From an uncultured Anaerolineales bacterium (lineage in GTDB: Bacteria; Chloroflexota; Anaerolineae; UBA7937; B3-Chlor): a stretch of DNA of 52,645 nucleotides. The position numbers and the translations under genes were made by a program. Of this stretch, positions 26,774-36,314 are shown one piece after another. The stretch covers positions 1 to 52,645 of the forward strand of contig CAZNMJ010000002.1 in the NCBI GenBank assembly GCA_964573815.1. Direction: 5' to 3'. Under the pieces are notes generated by a model. It saw nothing but the letters and a program-made list of their open reading frames with translations. It made no database searches and had not been told where the DNA came from. The stretch's first letter is position 1. The number at the start of each line of letters is the position of its first letter.

Positions 26774-27961
26774 CTACATCTCGATGCTCATGGCTACGGC
26801 TTCCCCTCCGCCCAGGCAGAGAGCGGCTAGGCCCAGAGTTGCACCGCGCTCCTTCATCGCATGGACTAGTGTCACCAGGAGGCGAGTACCGCTGCAACCT
26901 ATAGGATGTCCAAGGGCGATGGCTCCTCCATGGATATTCAGCTTGTCCCAGTCCAGGCCCAGTTTCCTGCCATCGGCTATGCTTTGGGAAGCAAAAGCCT
27001 CGTTGATCTCGAAGAGGTCAAAGTCATCCAACTCATAGCCAGTCTTCTTGAGCAGGTTCTCAATGGCGTGCACCGGGGCAAAGAAAACCCATTTGGGTTC
27101 TACCGCGGCTTGAGCAAACCCCGTGATTCTGGCCAGAGGCTCAATGCCCAACTCCTTCGCTCTCCGAACGCCGGTAATGACCACGGCTGCCGCGCCATCA
27201 GTGATTGCCGAGGAGTTCCCGGCGGTGCACTTGCCATCCTCCTTGAAGGCTGGTCGAAGCTTGGACAATGCCTCCACATTGGTGTCCGCACGAGGGTTCT
27301 CGTCCGTATCGAAGATCACAGGCTCCCCCTTGCGTTGGGGGACGGTGATGGGCACGATCTCCGCCTTGAACTTCCCTTCGCTGATCGCTTTCGTCGCTTT
27401 CTGGTGGCTCCCCAGGGCGAACTCGTCCATCTCCTCGCGAGTGATGTTCATGGTATCTGCAATGAGCTCAGCCGCGTTCCCCATGTGCCAGTTCTCGATC
27501 GGGCACCACAGTCCATCGTGGACGGTGGCATCGAGAAGTTCGGCGTTTCCTAGACGATAGCCCGTGCGAGCGTGCGCCAGTATGTGAGGGCCCAGGTTCA
27601 TGTTCTCCATGCCCGCCGCGACAACGACCTCGGCCTCACCAGCTACGATGGCGTTGGCACCCATGGCAACCGTCTTTAGCCCCGACCCGCAAACCTTGTT
27701 CACGGTCGTGGCTCCAACGGAGGGAGGCAGGCCCGCCTCAAGGGCCGCCTGGCGCGCGGGCGCCTGGCCACTTCCGGCTTGGACGACTTGTCCAACAAGC
27801 ACCTCATCGACGGTGCCAGGGTCTATGCCAGCTCGTTCGACCGCTCCCGCGATGGCCACGCCCGCCAGCTCCGTGGCAGGCATCTGAGAGAGTGTGCCAC
27901 CAAAGCGACCGATTGCCGTCCTGGCTGCACTGATGATGACGACCTCTGTGTTCCTCGACAT
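26774..27961 (-). CDS. Acetyl-CoA C-acetyltransferase (thiolase II type)
   Basis: [31 protein letters not shown] (active Cys) and [14 protein letters not shown]. The start was moved to ATG 27961 because the ORF-track extension overlaps the next gene. Confidence 0.92.
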   Translation of the reverse strand: MSRNTEVVIISAARTAIGRFGGTLSQMPATELAGVAIAGAVERAGIDPGTVDEVLVGQVVQAGSGQAPARQAALEAGLPPSVGATTVNKVCGSGLKTVAMGANAIVAGEAEVVVAAGMENMNLGPHILAHARTGYRLGNAELLDATVHDGLWCPIENWHMGNAAELIADTMNITREEMDEFALGSHQKATKAISEGKFKAEIVPITVPQRKGEPVIFDTDENPRADTNVEALSKLRPAFKEDGKCTAGNSSAITDGAAAVVITGVRRAKELGIEPLARITGFAQAAVEPKWVFFAPVHAIENLLKKTGYELDDFDLFEINEAFASQSIADGRKLGLDWDKLNIHGGAIALGHPIGCSGTRLLVTLVHAMKERGATLGLAALCLGGGEAVAMSIEM

Positions 27962-28017
27962 TCTTGTCCTTTCCGTGCCCCGTGGGCTCAGCGGAATAGT
28001 GATTGGGAAGCTGTGCG

Positions 28018-29307
28018 CTATCTGGCAACCACCGCAGCCATGCCTTGCCCGCCGCCGATGCACATGGTAACCAGCCCCCATTCCAGGTCTCTTCTTTGCA
28101 TCTCGTGCATGATGGTGACCATGAGTCGGACGCCCGTGCAGCCTATGGGATGTCCCAGCGAGATGCCGCCCCCGAGGAGGTTTGTGTTGTCGAAAGTCAG
28201 CCCCAGTTCTCGCATGCAGGCTATCGTCTGTGCAGCGAAAGCCTCGTTCAGTTCGACAACATCCATGTCTTTGATACTCAGACTCGCCTTATCCAGTGCT
28301 TTCCTCACGCTGGGGACGAGGCCCAAGCCCATGTAGGCCGGATCGACTGCACCAGAGGCATACGATTTGATGCTCACCATGGGCTTGAGACCCAGCTCGT
28401 CTGCCTTCGGTCGCGACATCAATACCACCGCTGCAGCAGCGTCGTTGATTCCGGAAGCATTGCCAGCGGTGACCGTCCCGTCCTCCTTGAAGGCTGGCCT
28501 AAGCTTGGCCATCTTCTCCAGGCTGGTGTCCATGGGGCGCTCGTCGGTGTCGAAGATCAGTGGCTCTCCCTTTCGCTGAGGGATAGGCACCGGCACGATT
28601 TCGTGCTTGAATATGCCATCGGCTATGGCCCTCCTGGCACGCTGATGGCTGAGAAGCCCCAACTTATCCTGCTCCTCCCTGCTGATGTCATACTTCTCTG
28701 CTATGTTTTCGGCTGTGACGCCCATATGATAGCCATAGAATATCTCCCACAGTCCATCGTGAACCATGAGGTCTGTGGCCTCACCGGCGCCAGTGATGTC
28801 CATCCTGTAGCCCCACCTCGCCTTGGGGAGGGCGTAGGGAGCATAGCTCATGTTCTCCATGCCGCCCGCCACCACGACGTCGGCCTCCCCCAGCTCTATC
28901 GCCTGTGTACCTAGCGTGATGGCCTTCAATCCCGAGGCACAGACCTTGTTAACTGTGAAGGCGTTGGTTTCCTTAGGAAGCCCGGCATATATCGTGGCCT
29001 GCCGTGCCGTGTTCTGCCCCTGGCCTCCCTGAATCACATGCCCCATGATTACTTCGTCGACCTGCACCTCTTTCAGCGATTCATCCCAATCGTAGTGCTG
29101 CTTCTCGAGATCGACCATGCCAGCACCCCTGAGGCTGTGAGGCGCGTACTGGAGTAGTTTCTCACTCGACTTGGGCCTCAACCCTGCCTTTTTCAGCGCC
29201 TCTCGAATTGCCAGTGCGCCGAGCTTGACCACCGGAACATCTTTCAATGAGCCGCCGAAGACCCCGATGGGTGTTCTCACCCCATTGATGATCACCACCT
29301 CTGTCAT
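28018..29307 (-). CDS. Thiolase-family acetyl-CoA acyltransferase (second paralogue)
   Basis: MTEVVIINGVRTPIGVFGGS, NKVCASGLK and GGGISLGHPIGCTG. ATG 29307 is preceded by AAGGGAGGTG. Confidence 0.9.
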   Translation of the reverse strand: MTEVVIINGVRTPIGVFGGSLKDVPVVKLGALAIREALKKAGLRPKSSEKLLQYAPHSLRGAGMVDLEKQHYDWDESLKEVQVDEVIMGHVIQGGQGQNTARQATIYAGLPKETNAFTVNKVCASGLKAITLGTQAIELGEADVVVAGGMENMSYAPYALPKARWGYRMDITGAGEATDLMVHDGLWEIFYGYHMGVTAENIAEKYDISREEQDKLGLLSHQRARRAIADGIFKHEIVPVPIPQRKGEPLIFDTDERPMDTSLEKMAKLRPAFKEDGTVTAGNASGINDAAAAVVLMSRPKADELGLKPMVSIKSYASGAVDPAYMGLGLVPSVRKALDKASLSIKDMDVVELNEAFAAQTIACMRELGLTFDNTNLLGGGISLGHPIGCTGVRLMVTIMHEMQRRDLEWGLVTMCIGGGQGMAAVVAR

Positions 29308-29361
29308 GCTGTCACCTCCCTTGTGAGTCTGGGGTTTCCAGCCTGGCTGGAACAACCACCA

Positions 29362-29390
29362 ATGATACCAGATAAGGCAGCATCTGGCTA
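29362..29390 (-). promoter_or_regulatory. Promoter candidate for the thiolase/acyl-CoA operon
   Basis: On the minus strand: TAGCCA (29390-29385), 17-nt spacer, TATCAT (29367-29362), with TGG upstream (TGGTATCAT). Confidence 0.4.
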
Positions 29391-29759
29391 GTTGAGGGCG
29401 TAAGTGAGCCAAGACATCGTGCCCACTTCTTCAGGCTTGTGAAGGCTGTTCTGACTCTCTACCGGAGATCGTCGCCGAGGGGGCCGGTAGACATATGCCC
29501 AGGCATCTAGCCAAGAGGGCGAAGAGGGAGGGCTTCTGCCAAACGGAGTCTGCCGCCAATCCCGGCCGGCAGCAATGGAGGCGTCCCAACAGTTCTGCTT
29601 CCAATTACCTGACTGCACCGAGCAGATCGTGGCTCGCTTTGCGGTCGCCAGGGTCCTCGAGCGAGGAGCTCACCACGAGGGATACGCCCCGAATCGCACG
29701 AAGCTTGAGTCTGTTCGTATGCGGTTGGGTCTTGTACGGTGTCCTGCAACTGCCGGCCG

Positions 29760-32700
29760 TCATTGTGGTCTGAGGATTTCGTCGATCGCGCTTGCCAAAT
29801 CCTCAATTCTGAATGGTTTGGACACGTACGGTGTCTGTACGCTCTGCAAGAAAGCCCTCGTGGGATTGCTGATGGTGTCTCCGGTCGTGAAGATGAGGCG
29901 CTTCAACAGGCCCGGATGTTGTGTCCGCAAATGCCGGTACAGCTCCTGGCCTCCTATCCCCGGCATCCTCACATCGCAGATAATCACGTCGTATTCTTGA
30001 GTGGCCAAAGCGTCAAGGGCTGCTTCGGCCGTGGGGACGGCGACCGCTTCATGCCCCATCTGCTGTAGGACACGGCTGACAAGCTCAAGGATCTCGTCTT
30101 CGTCGTCGACGACAAGTATCCTGTTGCCAGGATGGCGCCCCGTGCTTCTGGTCGGCTCCGGCTGGCTGAGTGAATCCTCGGGAGGCTCAAGGATGGGTAG
30201 CTCAACGGTGAAGGTGGTTCCGCTTCCTACCTCGCTCTCCGCCCATATGCGTCCCCCGTGGTCTCGCACTATCCCAAAGGCAATGGATAACCCCAGACCT
30301 GTGCCCTGGCCAACTTCCTTGGTTGTGAAGAAGGGATCGAAGATCTTGCTCAGGGTGTCCTCTGGGATGCCAGGCCCGTTGTCGATGACCTTGACCTTGA
30401 TGACTTGGCCATCAGTCTCTGATCTCACCACGAGGCGTCCTCCGCCCCGGTAGTCCAACATGGCCTGATGGGCGTTGTTTATCAGGTTCAGAAGCACCTG
30501 TTGCAGCTGGTGAGGCGCGGTCATGGTCCAGGGCAAGTGCTCGTCGAGTTCTCTCACCAGTTCGATGTTGTCCACCCTGAGCTGGTACGCCCTCAGGTTC
30601 ATGGTGTCGATGAGGACTTGGTTGATGTCTGTGTAAAGTTTCTCGGCTGTCTCCTTGCGGGCAAACGTCAGGAGGCTCTGGATGATCCTTGCACTTCGCT
30701 GAGCCTCCTGGTAGACTCTCCGCAGATCGTCTCTGACGTCCTCGCTGACGTCCGCGGCCTGCAGAAGTTGCGCGTATCCCATGACCGACGTCAGGGGGTT
30801 GTTGAGCTCGTGAGCGACACCTGAAACGAGTTGTCCTATCGCCGCTAGCTTCTCCGTCTGTAACAGCTGTGCCCGCAGGGCTTTCTCGCCAGTGATATCC
30901 CGAACGGTGTGTACAGCACCCTTGAACTTCCCACCTTCATCATAGATGGGGAAGCTGGTAATGTCAAGGGTCTTGCCAAGGTCCGGCACGTCTACCTCGA
31001 TGGACGTTGACGCCCTGGCCTCCATAGCCCGCCGGTGGGGGCAGGAGGCGTTCGTCGGACCCTGGCAGTGAGGGAATATCTCGAAACAGTGCTTGCCTTT
31101 GAAGGCTTCAGGAGTACTTTCCAGAATGTGGGCCAGAGCTGGATTGGCCTTGAGTATCCTGAATTCAGCATCATAGATCGCTATGCCGTCGGTGATAGCC
31201 TGGAATGTATTCTCCCAGTCTTTCTCGCCTTGAGCTACCTGCTGGAAGAGTCGAGCGTTCTCGACCAAAACCGCCAGTTGTCCGGCCAATGTCGAAAGAA
31301 AACGCACATCATCATCGGTGAATGCGGCTGGCTCGACGCTCTCCACGTTGAGGACGCCGATGATCCTCTCGCCTGTCTTCAGAGGAATGCACAGTTCAGA
31401 ACGTATCTTGTCGTCGCCCACGATGTAGCGGGAATCGGCCGTCACATCGGGCACATTCAAGGGCTCGCCCGTCTGCGCTACCCACCCGGTTATGCCCTCT
31501 CCGAGCCCGGGCTGTATTCTCTCGGCGACTTCAGGGCCATAGCCCGTGCCCGCCTTGATCTTCAACCTTTGCTCCTTTTCGTCAATCAGCATCAGGCTGA
31601 GATTGGTGAAGCCTAGAGTGCGTCTCAGAGCCCCGATGATGCGATCTAAGATCTCTGAGAAATCAAGGCTTGAGGTAGCGGCGAGGGCCATCTCGTGGAG
31701 TGTTGAGAGTTCGTTCAGTGTTCTCTTGGTTTCCTCAAAGAGCCGAGCGTTCCGCATCGCCACACTCAACTGATCCGCTATGGCCTGCATGGACAGGAGG
31801 TCGGCGGAGTCGAAGGCGTTGACGTCAGCTGATTGGATATCCAGTACAGCGGCAACTGTGGTCTCCAGTCTAATGGGCACAACGAGTTCCGACTTCGTGA
31901 ACGGTCTTGCCGGGAAGCCCTCCAAGTAACGCGTGTCTAGTGCTACGTCGTTCACCAAGAGAGGTTCGCCTTTCCTGGCTACCCAGCCTATGAGCCCTTC
32001 ATCCAGGCTCTGACGATAACCAGGTGCCTGCATGTAGACATAGCGGGCTGCTTCCGCTCTCTGTTCAAGCTCTCCAGCTTCCTCATTCACCATCAGGATG
32101 GAGACAAAGTGGTAGCTGAACCCTTCTCGGATGGCGACCGCTGTCTCCTGCAGCAGTTCATCAAGATCGAGACTTGACGTGGCGCGCCGGCCCACGCCGT
32201 TGATGACGCTCAACTGGGTAGCTCGCTTTCTCTCCTGTTCGTACAAGCGTGCGTTCTCGATGGTGATCGCCACCTGGCTCCCTATGGTCGTGGCCAGATC
32301 GACTTGCGGGGCAGTGAACTGCTGGCCTTTGGTCGTGTAGTCGAGGGCGAGAAGGCCGATGGTTTGGTCCCTGCTCACCAGGGGGACTAGAAGAAGACTC
32401 TTGATGCCAAAGGGCTCGGTCCACCTTTCGGGCAGGCGAGACTTGGAGTCTTCGTCGAGAACTACCGTCTTGCCGTTCCTGATCACTTCCCTCATGACAG
32501 GAACATCTTCCACCTTCTCAGCCAACGTCTCGTTCTTGAAGATTCTCCACAGCTGAGCGTCTGCGTCACCAGAGGCGAATTGGGACATCATTGGCACCAG
32601 TTCTCTTTTCTGGTTCTCAAGAAGAAGGATACTGCACCGCTCGGCGTTGCATATCGCAGCCGTCTTCTGGGCCACGAGCTTCAATACCTGGGTCAGGTCC

Positions 32701-33293
32701 AAAGTCGAACTGATGGCTTGGCCAATCTCGTTCAGGGCGGCCAACTCGCTCACGCGCCGCTCTTTCTCTTCAAACAGGCGAGCGTTCTCGACGGCGGTAG
32801 CCACCTGGTCGGCAACGGCGCTCAACATCTGCACATCGAGTGACGTGAAGTGCCGTGGCTCAGAACTGAGCACGGCGATGGTGCCCAGTGTCCGCCCCCT
32901 AGCTCGCAGTGGCAGGCAGACCAACGAGCGGTATTTCTCCGTCTCAACCACTTCGGGCGTAGCCCGGCCATCAGTTGTGGACTCCTCTATGACGGTCGGC
33001 TCACCGCTCTCCGCGGTTTTCCCCACGACGTGCTCACCTAGTTTCAGCCGGCGATGGGCGCGCAGATAACCGGGTGACAGCCCACGCTGGGTGTGAAGTA
33101 CCAGCTCCTGGTTGTCGCTGTCCAAGAGGTGTATCAGTCCCTTGTCGGCCTCTGACACTTCCATCACTGCGTCAAGCGCCCTGCTCAGCACTTGATCCAG
33201 TTCAATGACACCGCTCACGGCTGAGGCCACTGCACTGAGCGTCTCAAGATTCTTCAACCTCAGCTCCACTGCTTCTGGCGATTCGTCTTTCAC
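29760..33293 (-). CDS. Cytoplasmic hybrid sensor histidine kinase: four GAF domains, PAS, HisKA, HATPase_c, C-terminal receiver
   Basis: No TM segments. There are four repeats of the GAF-type pattern (..SSLDL..LL......). A PAS segment is present (WENTFQAITDGIAIYD). H-box GVAHELNNPLTSV; N/G boxes (LINNAHQAM, DNGPGIP, GTGLGLS). REC domain: RILVVDDEDEIL...DVIICDVRMPGIGG. The GTG start overlaps the upstream TGA. Confidence 0.9.
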   Translation of the reverse strand: MKDESPEAVELRLKNLETLSAVASAVSGVIELDQVLSRALDAVMEVSEADKGLIHLLDSDNQELVLHTQRGLSPGYLRAHRRLKLGEHVVGKTAESGEPTVIEESTTDGRATPEVVETEKYRSLVCLPLRARGRTLGTIAVLSSEPRHFTSLDVQMLSAVADQVATAVENARLFEEKERRVSELAALNEIGQAISSTLDLTQVLKLVAQKTAAICNAERCSILLLENQKRELVPMMSQFASGDADAQLWRIFKNETLAEKVEDVPVMREVIRNGKTVVLDEDSKSRLPERWTEPFGIKSLLLVPLVSRDQTIGLLALDYTTKGQQFTAPQVDLATTIGSQVAITIENARLYEQERKRATQLSVINGVGRRATSSLDLDELLQETAVAIREGFSYHFVSILMVNEEAGELEQRAEAARYVYMQAPGYRQSLDEGLIGWVARKGEPLLVNDVALDTRYLEGFPARPFTKSELVVPIRLETTVAAVLDIQSADVNAFDSADLLSMQAIADQLSVAMRNARLFEETKRTLNELSTLHEMALAATSSLDFSEILDRIIGALRRTLGFTNLSLMLIDEKEQRLKIKAGTGYGPEVAERIQPGLGEGITGWVAQTGEPLNVPDVTADSRYIVGDDKIRSELCIPLKTGERIIGVLNVESVEPAAFTDDDVRFLSTLAGQLAVLVENARLFQQVAQGEKDWENTFQAITDGIAIYDAEFRILKANPALAHILESTPEAFKGKHCFEIFPHCQGPTNASCPHRRAMEARASTSIEVDVPDLGKTLDITSFPIYDEGGKFKGAVHTVRDITGEKALRAQLLQTEKLAAIGQLVSGVAHELNNPLTSVMGYAQLLQAADVSEDVRDDLRRVYQEAQRSARIIQSLLTFARKETAEKLYTDINQVLIDTMNLRAYQLRVDNIELVRELDEHLPWTMTAPHQLQQVLLNLINNAHQAMLDYRGGGRLVVRSETDGQVIKVKVIDNGPGIPEDTLSKIFDPFFTTKEVGQGTGLGLSIAFGIVRDHGGRIWAESEVGSGTTFTVELPILEPPEDSLSQPEPTRSTGRHPGNRILVVDDEDEILELVSRVLQQMGHEAVAVPTAEAALDALATQEYDVIICDVRMPGIGGQELYRHLRTQHPGLLKRLIFTTGDTISNPTRAFLQSVQTPYVSKPFRIEDLASAIDEILRPQ

Positions 33294-33871
33294 TTTGCTC
33301 CTGCTGTGTCGAGGGCGGATAATGATGAGGAGGCGGAGCTGTGGGTATCGAGCTCTGTCCTCTTGCGCCAGGACGCTCGAAATCTGTTAGTCTCCTCCGC
33401 GACCTGGATCTTCTGCTTCTGCAAAGTGGTCAAGGGCACCTTCAGATTGAACAGTTCTATTCTCTCGTTCAGTTGCTCCGCCCGCTGCGTGAAGGTCGCG
33501 ATGGTCCACTGATACCTGTGGTTGAGTTGGGCCTCAACTTGCCGCTTGCTCTCGGTCGAGATCAGCGCTTCACTGGCCCATGTCAGTTGATCTTCGAGCA
33601 ACTCTCGGCATTGTAGTAATTCTGCGCGTATCGACCTGTCCAGCTCGATCCAATCCAAGGTGAAGCCTGCGTTCTTCAGCACCCTGTGGGCCAGCTGCCA
33701 CCCAGGTTTGACGAAGGGGTGTTCCTCGACGGGCAAGGGCCTTCCCCTCCCAGGTAGATCATCGAATAGGCCGTCTTCCTGGGCTTCGTGGATCCTACGT
33801 TCTACAAGATCTCCCCAGCTGATTGGACTTGCCTTCCATCCTCGGGGAAGCTGTGCTTCAGCTCCCCTCAG
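33290..33871 (-). CDS. DUF1992 (DnaJC28-like) domain protein; true start uncertain and probably non-canonical
   Basis: The ORF-track version starts at TTG 33736. The same frame stays open upstream to a TGA at 33883-33881. It encodes WGDLVERRIHEAQEDGLFDDLPGRGRPL, the hallmark DUF1992 N-terminal motif, continuous with RVLKNAGF. No ATG/GTG/TTG occurs in that stretch. Candidate starts are CTG 33871 or ATC 33823. Confidence 0.6.
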   Translation of the reverse strand: MRGAEAQLPRGWKASPISWGDLVERRIHEAQEDGLFDDLPGRGRPLPVEEHPFVKPGWQLAHRVLKNAGFTLDWIELDRSIRAELLQCRELLEDQLTWASEALISTESKRQVEAQLNHRYQWTIATFTQRAEQLNERIELFNLKVPLTTLQKQKIQVAEETNRFRASWRKRTELDTHSSASSSLSALDTAGAK

Positions 33872-34077
33872 GTTCGTGAATCAGTCTGTATAGCTGCAAC
33901 GGTTGACGCAGGCTCATGGTGCTCCCCTTCGCTGCTATCCAGACAACGCGTTGCCGCGCACCGCTCACGGCATCTCTGCGCACCATCCTCTGTGCCGCCC
34001 ATCTCGATCGCCCAGGCTTTGGAGCGCACCTCCCGCCCGCGGTCGCGGATCCGAAGGGGCGTGGCTCGCACCTGACG

Positions 34078-34677
34078 TCAGGATCCAGTGAAGAGCAACT
34101 CCTGGACCTTCCTCTTCAGGTCCTCGAGCTTCAAGGGCTTTGCCAGGTAGTCATCAGCGCCATAGTCCAGGATCCTCTGGATATTCTCCTCAGTGGCGAA
34201 GCCCGTCACCGCGAGGACCTTCACGTGAGAGGTTTTTGGATCCGCTTTCACCCTCCGACAGATCTCGAAACCATCCATGCCGGGTAGCATGATATCCAGG
34301 ACTATCAGGTCTGGCTCGAAGATCGCGAGTTGGTGTCCGGCCTCGAAACCGTCGTAAGCTGTAGAAAGCTCATACTCGCCCTCAAGGCTCAACGCGCCTT
34401 CGATGAATGAAACCACCGCTGGCTCATCATCAACGATCAGGATGCGCTTCCTATTCTGGCCTTTTCCAAAGTAACCTTCATCTACGAACATGCCGTGCCT
34501 CACCAGAAAGTCCCTGAAGTCGGTCCGCAGCACGCGATAGTGTCCGCCAGGCGTGGTGAAGGAAGGCAGCTTGCCGGAGTCGATCCACTTGAGGACAGCC
34601 GCAGTGGTGACCTCGCAGTAGTCCGCTATGTCGCCGGTAGTAAGGAACCTTTCTTTTCTCAATGCTCTGTGCTCCAT
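34078..34677 (-). CDS. Response regulator with N-terminal excisionase/MerR-type HTH and C-terminal receiver domain
   Basis: FLTTGDIADYCEVTTAAVLKWIDSGKLPSFTTPGGHYRV (HTH_17-like), then RILIVDDEPAVV...DLIVLDIMLPGMDG...KVLAVTG...KP (REC). Confidence 0.88.
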   Translation of the reverse strand: MEHRALRKERFLTTGDIADYCEVTTAAVLKWIDSGKLPSFTTPGGHYRVLRTDFRDFLVRHGMFVDEGYFGKGQNRKRILIVDDEPAVVSFIEGALSLEGEYELSTAYDGFEAGHQLAIFEPDLIVLDIMLPGMDGFEICRRVKADPKTSHVKVLAVTGFATEENIQRILDYGADDYLAKPLKLEDLKRKVQELLFTGS

Positions 34678-34803
34678 GCCTGAGTTGTCATCGTTGTAGT
34701 TGTTAGAATTATGCTCATTATTGGCGATGTTTCTATTAGTGTATCATGCTTTTGAGTGCGCGGCAATAGGAAGATAGTAGTTTTTCTCTTTCGATCCGAC
34801 TTA

Positions 34804-34812
34804 TGGTAGAAT
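34804..34812 (+). promoter_or_regulatory. Extended -10 promoter candidate (TGGTAGAAT) for amt
   Basis: TGGTAGAAT at 34804-34812 in an AT-rich divergent intergenic region. It contains the ORF-track ATG 34803, which argues for the downstream ATG 34842 as the start. Confidence 0.35.
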
Positions 34813-34841
34813 GGCCTGAAGGACGGGGACAGAGAAAGAGT

Positions 34842-36296
34842 ATGTTCAACAGAGTACTTTATGGAACCAGCCTAGCGCTGATCGCGGCCTTGACGTGGTC
34901 CGGCCATGCGGGGGCGTCAGGGCTGGTCGGGTCCGCAGATGCGGCAAGGAGTAGCCTAGACTTCTCTGTGCTGGCGACTTCTCTGGTCCTGCTGATCCCG
35001 GCGGGCCTGACCATGATGGCGGTGGCGGCTTCTGACCAGAAACAGGCTGCGAGCGTTGCTGCCGTGGGCTTGGTGGGCACAGCGCTGGGCGTTGTCATCT
35101 ATGGATTGATAGGGTTCGGGCTGCAGTTCGGTGGTCTGGGCCTAATCTCCGATCTTCGAGGCTTGGTGCCACTGGTCTCAGAGTGGTCGCCGGTGGACAG
35201 GATCTGGGGGCCCGGGTGGGGAATGATAGGTTTGGACGGGTTCCTTCTCTATGCAGAGACCCTGGACGAGGACCTACTCACCGTGTTCCTCTATTACGGG
35301 GTCCTGGCTGGTGCAGCAGCCTGCATCCCTTTGCTGGCTTTGGCCAGACGTTTGACTTTCTTGGTTCTGTTGGGTTTCGGGGTGATGTTCGCTCTCTTCG
35401 TCTACCCGATGTATGGTAACTGGGTGTGGGGAGGTGGCTGGCTATCCCAGCTGGGCTCCACTGTGGGATTAGGCCACGGCTTCATCGACTTCGCGGGTTC
35501 TGGAACAATCCATGCGCTGGGCGGGTTCTTTGCACTGGCGGGCATCTTGGTCTTCGGTGTCAGACCACATGAGGTGGACGAGGAGGCTAAACCGCCCCCT
35601 GTTCACTTTCCGCTGCTGGGCGTGCTTGGCGCCCTTCTTCTGTTGATCGGATGGTTCGGCCTAGTTACCGGCAAGCCGTTGCTGCTGGGCAGTCTACCCT
35701 ACCCGCAGCTAGCGGTCAATGTGCTTCTGGCCGCATGTGGGGGGATCTTGACGGGCACATTGTACACCTGGTTTGTCACGGGCTACCCGGACTTGCTCAT
35801 GACCGTGCGGAGCGCGTTGGCGGCTCTGGTAGCGATCAGCGCTTCTTGCCCCTTTGTTCCTCCATGGGCGGCACTGGTTATCGGTGGTCTGGCCGGACTG
35901 CTCGTCCCTCTGACCATCTACTTGTTGCGGGTGAAGTTCCGACTTGAGGATCCGACGGGCGCGGTCGCCGTACACGGCTTCGCCGGCCTGTGGGGACTGC
36001 TAGCCGTGGGCATATTCGCAGACGGAGCCAGCGGCCAAGGGTGGAATGGAGTGGGAGTTGGCGCATATCTGGATGTGGCCGGGCAAGGAGTATCCGGTCT
36101 CTTGGTAAGTTCTGGCTTCCAGCCGGATTGGCCGCAGCAGCTCTATGCCCAGGTACTGGGCATCGTGGTCCTGCTCCTTCTTGGTCTTGCGCTGCCGTGG
36201 CTGGTTCTTCGCGGCTTGAAGAGCCTTGCCCTCAGATTTGCGGCCCTGCGATCACAGATGGCTGGAGTGAACGATTGCACTCCGGCCGAGGAGTAG
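34842..36296 (+). CDS. amt: Ammonium transporter (Amt/MEP/Rh family)
   Basis: DFAGSGTIHALGGFFALAGILVFG and AVAVHGFAGLWGLLAVGIFA correspond to the two conserved His-containing Amt signature segments. About 11 hydrophobic spans and an N-terminal signal-like segment. Confidence 0.88.
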   Translation: MFNRVLYGTSLALIAALTWSGHAGASGLVGSADAARSSLDFSVLATSLVLLIPAGLTMMAVAASDQKQAASVAAVGLVGTALGVVIYGLIGFGLQFGGLGLISDLRGLVPLVSEWSPVDRIWGPGWGMIGLDGFLLYAETLDEDLLTVFLYYGVLAGAAACIPLLALARRLTFLVLLGFGVMFALFVYPMYGNWVWGGGWLSQLGSTVGLGHGFIDFAGSGTIHALGGFFALAGILVFGVRPHEVDEEAKPPPVHFPLLGVLGALLLLIGWFGLVTGKPLLLGSLPYPQLAVNVLLAACGGILTGTLYTWFVTGYPDLLMTVRSALAALVAISASCPFVPPWAALVIGGLAGLLVPLTIYLLRVKFRLEDPTGAVAVHGFAGLWGLLAVGIFADGASGQGWNGVGVGAYLDVAGQGVSGLLVSSGFQPDWPQQLYAQVLGIVVLLLLGLALPWLVLRGLKSLALRFAALRSQMAGVNDCTPAEE

Positions 36297-36314
36297 ACTC
36301 GGGAGGGGTTGGGC

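Noticed and set aside
27962-29412. ORF-track N-terminal extensions of both thiolases (to 28081 and 29412), of ribF (to 11420) and of ylxR (to 16252).
   Set aside because: The extensions overlap the upstream gene or promoter, are not protein-like, and precede internal ATGs. Those ATGs have good SDs and give canonical family N-termini ([15 protein letters not shown].., MTEVVIINGVRTP.., MKLMRELAD.., MRRRHVPQRTC..).
34803-34841. ATG 34803 as the amt start; likewise 38903 and 38981 as starts of the lipoprotein gene.
   Set aside because: These codons lie inside or upstream of the best promoter elements (TGGTAGAAT; TTGACA-16-TGGTATGAT). The downstream ATGs give proper signal peptides.
36297-36314. 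Expected glnK/PII downstream of amt.
   Set aside because: Only 18 nt separate the amt stop from the convergent PRTase stop, so there is no PII gene here.
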